DNA from: Scyliorhinus canicula
Taxonomy: Eukaryota
Reading direction: 5' to 3'
DNA length: 64,000 nt
Assembly (NCBI RefSeq): GCF_902713615.1
Contig: NC_052149.1
Location: 49,313,213 to 49,377,212, forward strand
Shown here piece after piece: positions 62,560 to 64,000 of the stretch. The translations under genes were made by a program, and so were the position numbers. Numbering within the stretch: position 1 is the stretch's first letter; every line of letters starts with the position of its first letter. The notes under the pieces were generated by a model, which was given only the letters and a program-made list of their open reading frames with translations, was not told where the DNA came from and ran no database searches.

Positions 62560-64000
62560 TCCAACACCACCAAGATATGCCCCTAGCAACCCCAGAGACT
62601 GAAAAGATGACAAAGGCAGCAAAAGCTGTGAGAGGAGGACCGAGGCTATGGTAAGCTTGCAGGCGATGAGGCACCAGTCAAACCCGAGCAGGGAGTGCCG
62701 CTGGAGCATACGCAGGGCCTGCCCGCTGAACGAATGGAGGGAGTTTTTAACGCAGGAACTCCAAGAGGTCAAGAATGTCATTAAAGTGGAAATGATGGCA
62801 ACAGTGAAGGTGGTGTTAGCGGAAGCACTAGGCACCCTGCAAGCGGCGTTGAAGAAGACGGAAAGGCAGCTGGAGACACAGGAATTGACGATCAAGGAGA
62901 TGGAGAGAGCTGCCATCGACCAGACTAATGGATCCCCTTACTAGAGAAGGAGGCAACGTAACCAGCAATGAACCAGATACCGCAACATTTCAAACCACAA
63001 AGATTGGAGAGACTATTTGCAGGGAACTCAACCGCCTCATTTTAAAGTCTGATGTTGAGCCTCAGAAAGGAGGGGGCAAGAACAGCAAGTCACAGGGGAG
63101 ATGAGGAAGACGAAGGGGGAACTATAGATCGACCCGGAGGGGGGTGGGGGGCACCACACCAGTGGGTGAGCCAGCATTAGGTGGCACAAGCGAGGGGGGG
63201 GACCGCAGTACATCCCCCATCGGGAAAACAATGCCTGCCGGCAGGAGGGGAGAACACTATAGGTGGTGGGGGGTGGGGGGTGGTGGTAATAGGGGCAGTA
63301 AATAGGGGGGGAAACACAGAAGCCAGGCGGGTGGGAGGGTAGGGCATTAGGCTGGCTTTGACACATGGTGGCAAGGAACATAAAGGCACTGCAAACTTTG
63401 GAGGGCCCCCAAACAAAGGGAAACACCTTAGTGCACCCTGTGGGTGACTGTTGGAGAAGGTATGCTACCCCGCAGAAGGAGACAAGGGAAAAATTAGAGG
63501 AAGAGCTACGCATAGTAGTAGGGGGAGGACTCTGGATCAAAGCACTGCACAGGGTGAACTTCAGTTCCTTCGCCATGTTTAACTTCCACCCCCCTCGATT
63601 TGGGGTTCAATCTGTCTGTCCGTGGGTCCTGTATGCAGTTAAAGACCCCCCTTAGCACCCAAATGATAGGTTCTTTCCAGAGCTGGGGGACAAATGTGAA
63701 CAGTGCCTGGGAGGCCCGGCCATCCACACCAACATGTTCTGGGCCAGCCCTAGACTTGTCCGGTTCTTGTCGACCTTCTTTGAGATCATGTCCAAGGTTA
63801 TGGGGGTGAGGGTGGTGCCATGCCCAAAAGTGATGGTCTTCGGGGTTTCAGAGCTGGTGTTCGGCAGCACCACCCAAAGCTGAAAACTGGCTGTCCGACC
63901 TAGCAGAATTTCTCAGGCTGGAGAAAATAAAATTTGCCATCCGCCGGTCGGAAGAGGCCTTCCACATGATGTGGAAGCTGCTCACAAACTTGTTCCAGGT
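62560..64000 (+). mobile_element. L1-clade LINE, rearranged: ORF1 coiled-coil piece, G-rich spacer, ORF2 C-terminus
   Basis: 62648-62944 coiled coil (LKKTERQLETQELTIKEMERAA); terminal WLSDLAEFLRLEKIKFAIR motif; inverted EN fragment near 63580-63655. Confidence 0.8.

Noticed and set aside
1-64000. CRISPR array, prokaryotic operon or defence system
   Set aside because: No regularly spaced repeats and no dense coding structure; the repeat content is vertebrate.

Overview
Eukaryotic, repeat-dominated non-coding DNA. The repeat content (V-SINE/HE1-like SINEs sharing a 3' tail with CR1 LINEs, fish-type L1, Rex1/Babar, L2, Penelope-like hairpins) points to a cartilaginous fish such as a shark; this is inference, no database was searched. 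No intact protein-coding gene is evident: most ORFs in the track are TE fragments or chance ORFs in GC-rich palindromic repeats. Main contents: (i) 13 GC/CpG-rich non-autonomous elements with a shared ~14-bp TIR (GGGCGGGATTCTCC) and 3-bp TSDs (PIF/Harbinger-type MITEs), plus decayed Harbinger transposase and Myb-like ORF remnants; (ii) two internally deleted Gypsy LTR elements and a solo LTR; (iii) CR1, L1, L2 and Rex1-type LINE fragments; (iv) a Buster/ZBED-type hAT transposase fossil split by nested insertions; (v) several SINE families with shuffled modules; (vi) two phase-compatible candidate minus-strand exons of an unidentified gene. The most unusual signal is the Gypsy element at 18491-21177: it has no tRNA primer-binding site, and at that position it carries a 15-nt sequence complementary to its own LTR poly(A)-signal region. 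Also notable: MITE centres are packed with NRF1-type (GCGCATGCGC) and CRE palindromes, and two damaged MITEs contain DNA copied from ~1.3 kb away.
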